From NCBI GenBank assembly GCA_963771075.1, contig CAVYSE010000005.1, positions 88,859 to 152,858 on the forward strand: 64,000 bases of DNA, given 5' to 3'. A program made the position numbers and the translations under genes. The first letter of the stretch is position 1. Each line of letters starts with the position of its first letter. Source of the DNA: a candidate division FCPU426 bacterium. GTDB taxonomy: Bacteria > Oederibacteriota > Muellerivitia > Muellerivitales > Muellerivitaceae. The notes beneath the pieces were generated by a model. It worked only from the letters and a program-made list of their open reading frames with translations, had not been told where the DNA came from and did not search any database. Below are positions 62,201 through 64,000 of this stretch, piece after piece.

Positions 62201-64000
62201 CCGGCGGGGATGAGGACGGCTATGGCGGCATCGGGACGACCGAAGGCTCGGGTGGAAACGCCCTGATGGCTGTGGGCTCGGGCTTGGCCATGACGAGCGG
62301 TTCCTACCTTGAACTGTACGGCGGCACTGGGGATTATGACTATGGCTATGGCCGGGCCAATGGCGGCAATGGCGGAAGCGCTACCCTTTTGGTCTCTGGC
62401 GCGGTTTCATTAGACGGATCCAGCGGCATCGACCTTTATGGAGGGGATGGAGGCTATGCCTATACCGGAAACGGTGGAAACGGCGGCAACGCGCTGATGA
62501 GCGTAGGATCCAGCCTGGCCCTGACGAATAATTCATACATCGACCTCTACGGCGGGTATGGTGAATATAACGATGGCGAGGATGGTGTGGCCGCCTTGGG
62601 TGGCAAGAGCGGAGACGCGATCCTGGCGGTTGCGGGTGCGGTTTCCTTGGATTCCAGCAGTATCGACCTCTATGGTGGAAACCGTTACGACGACAATTAC
62701 GGTTACGGCGCCACCGGAACAACCGAGCCTTCGGGCGGAAACGCCCTAATGATGGTGGGCTCCAACCTGTCCCTGACGAACAATTCCAGTCTTTACCTTT
62801 ACGGCGGCTATGGGGCCTATGACGACGGTTATGGCGGTGCCAATGGCGGCAAAGCCGGCAACTCAACCCTTTCAGTCGCGGGCGCGGTTTCCCTGGATAA
62901 CAGCAGTATCGAACTTGATACCTATGAAGGGGGCTATACCTATACCGGCAACGGCGGTAACGGCGGTAACGCCCTGATGACGGTTGGCTCCGGCCTGGCC
63001 ATGATCAATAACTCTTCCTTGGACCTCTACGGCTCCGAGGGAGGTTATAACGACGGCGAGTATGGCGCACCCGGAGTGGGCGGCAACGGCGGCAACGCCA
63101 CCCTGACGGTCGCTGGCGCGGTTTCCGTGGATTCAAGTTCCGTGGAAGTGGAAGCCGGCAGCGGTGACGAAGGTTACGGCGCGGCAGGCCAGACCGAAGG
63201 CGCGGGTGGAAACGCTACGGCTTCCATGTCCGGCTTAATCATGACTTCCAACGGCACTTCCAACTCTACTTTCGACCTCTACGGCGGGACCGGCGCGGAA
63301 GATTACGGCTATAACGGCGCAAACGGCGGCAACGGCGGCAACGCGATCCTCACGGTTTCCCACTCCGTTTCGATGGATTCCAGTGAGGTGAATGTGGAGG
63401 CAGGGGAAGGTTATTACTCGGAATACGGCAACGCCGGCAACGGGGGCCTCGCCAGCGTGAACATTGGCGGCAACCTGACCCTCACCGCGAGCAACCGCTT
63501 GTCCGAACTCTATATCGATGGAGGTTATGGGGGGCTGTGGGGTGATTATTTCGGCCTCGCCGGCAAGGGCGGGGACGGGACCCTTACGGTCTCGGGCGCT
63601 GTTTCCATGGATTCCAGCTATCTCTACGTGGAAGGTAACAGTTCGGACTATGGCTACGCCAAGGCCGGTCAGAGCGAGCCCTCGGGCGGCAACGCCACGG
63701 CCACCATGGCCAGCCTCACCCTGACTTCCGACGTTTACGGTGCGTCCGGCGGGACGACCGGGGTCAATTCCTTCTTTGAGGTTTATTCCGGTTACGGCGC
63801 TAGTGATGATTCCGAGAATTCCGTGAACGGCGGCAACGGCGGTAACGCGGCCCTGAACGTGGCCGGCGCGGTCTCCTTGGATTCCAGCGAGGTCGAAGTT
63901 TACGCCGACGGCGGGGGCGATTCCTATGGCGGCAACGGTGGCAACGGCGGCAATGCCAACCTGAACATTGGAAGCAAGCTATCGCTGACCAATATTAATG
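59254..64000 (+). CDS. Giant secreted Gly/Asn/Tyr-rich repeat protein (adhesin or autotransporter passenger-like), 3'-partial
   Basis: Frame reads open from ATG 59254 to the window end (>1580 aa); extended signal peptide ..VFA-IP; recurrent GGNGGNA.L.V.GAVS.DSS units. Absent from the ORF track because no stop is reached. Confidence 0.88.
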   Translation, partial: MKKFSVISAPKTATTGVEILVSKQKKFQGFKRPLFLLLILAFVAKGVFAIPPNPVNNGSDLNTAVTAINAGGAPSTITFESSPIDLSGLTLPTLGQNVLIWNFGSAPVTLLNSTGAAVSFISSAQLTLDNDVNLSLSGGTSLGLLGNGNGLSGTSALLNTGSFQQNSGSALFVLGGNGTAVTTIGNISGNGGAASFNSTGAVSIYKSENLVIAGSAVSGFGNAGVTEGSGANGSVSVGALTNNNGLYAVEAGSGADDYNLASGGNGGNATFTAGAVTFLGGEGGAIAGSGGNAVSANGGNGGNVSAAMNNYNGGDSDFILLGGDGGSNWVTQGVGGNGGNSTATIINGISSDSTYFQVAAGSAGSGNGSLGTTEGAGGNALANLGGVTLTGNDNDSSFGILGGSGGSDYNLGNGGAGGNAALNVAGATSIYGTEVEVSAGSGGDSAGGNSGNGGSALMTTSSVTGGDASLYVYGGDSGSDNGNVGYGISGTGGNATLNVGGAVSSDSFDLYVDGGSASEGWGLKGSTDGAGGSASATMTSLTLTGSSDMELDGGSGSADYGYNGANGGKGGDATLAVSSAVSMDSSSMYLYGGSGGDSYSGKGGNGGNATMNIGGDLDLTANSHYSEIELEGGDGGYNDGYAYGISGQGGNAALNVAGAVSMVGSDIYVYGGDGDYGYAVKGTAEAAGGNAAATMTGLSMTNSTFEVDGGSGAYDYDDPGLGNGGNGGNGTLLVSGAVSEGSSTLEVYGGDGGESYSGNGGNGGNALMSVGSGLALTGGSYLYDEAGSPGYNDDDAYGVGGNGGNATLAVGGAVSMDSSQAYVEAGGDEDGYGAPGQTEGSGGNALMTVGSSLNLTNGSYLYLDGGQGNYDYGYNGANAGNGGSATLLVSGAVSLDGSSEIEVDGNDGGYAYTGNGGNGGNALMSVGSSLALTNSSRINVYGGDPGYNDGEYGAPGVGGNGGNATLLVSGAVSMDSSRVYVEAGGDEDGYGGIGTTEGSGGNALMAVGSGLAMTSGSYLELYGGTGDYDYGYGRANGGNGGSATLLVSGAVSLDGSSGIDLYGGDGGYAYTGNGGNGGNALMSVGSSLALTNNSYIDLYGGYGEYNDGEDGVAALGGKSGDAILAVAGAVSLDSSSIDLYGGNRYDDNYGYGATGTTEPSGGNALMMVGSNLSLTNNSSLYLYGGYGAYDDGYGGANGGKAGNSTLSVAGAVSLDNSSIELDTYEGGYTYTGNGGNGGNALMTVGSGLAMINNSSLDLYGSEGGYNDGEYGAPGVGGNGGNATLTVAGAVSVDSSSVEVEAGSGDEGYGAAGQTEGAGGNATASMSGLIMTSNGTSNSTFDLYGGTGAEDYGYNGANGGNGGNAILTVSHSVSMDSSEVNVEAGEGYYSEYGNAGNGGLASVNIGGNLTLTASNRLSELYIDGGYGGLWGDYFGLAGKGGDGTLTVSGAVSMDSSYLYVEGNSSDYGYAKAGQSEPSGGNATATMASLTLTSDVYGASGGTTGVNSFFEVYSGYGASDDSENSVNGGNGGNAALNVAGAVSLDSSEVEVYADGGGDSYGGNGGNGGNANLNIGSKLSLTNIN

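Noticed and set aside
59235..63724. Short ORFs listed in the track in this region
   Set aside because: Alternative-frame or antisense shadows of the giant open frame starting at 59254.

Overview
Bacterial genomic window with three parts. (1) 1-~19 kb is an accessory, island-like region. It holds the 3' part of a group II intron, small mostly +strand cassette-like genes (SUKH-type immunity protein, ArsR/SRPBCC, membrane proteins, three toxin-antitoxin pairs), a fragmented RAYT/Y1 HUH transposase with GGGGYCAGG-type inverted repeats at gene breakpoints, and two apparently identical IS4-family copies with 9-bp target duplications. A dispersed ~30-bp palindrome recurs between the genes, three copies carry an identical nested 35-bp hairpin, and a tRNA-Asn-like 3' fragment at 15537-15560 looks like an att scar. 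(2) ~19-31 kb encodes envelope functions: a Thr-rich Kelch surface protein next to a TMTC-like glycosyltransferase, a class III cyclase and a TPR/beta-barrel protein. (3) ~31-64 kb is mostly housekeeping: a MoaD-NIL-ThiF-like-cysteine synthase cluster, PFOR plus a DHOD-like gene, a RIT element inserted in a Cys-rich gene, GPx, MiaE, YihY, a second ThiF/MoeB, decayed TauE and rhodanese genes, and a giant Gly-rich repeat ORF that runs off the right edge. Best candidates for new biology are the palindrome-punctuated cassette array with its HUH transposase and a complementary pair of partial E1-like proteins resembling a heterodimeric E1. Several frameshifts sit in homopolymers and are probably sequencing errors. 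The Pro/Thr-linker proteins with YPNP...GLYY...KLLVxR tails suggest an FCPU426/Firestonebacteria-like lineage (inference only). No CRISPR array, rRNA or intact tRNA was seen.
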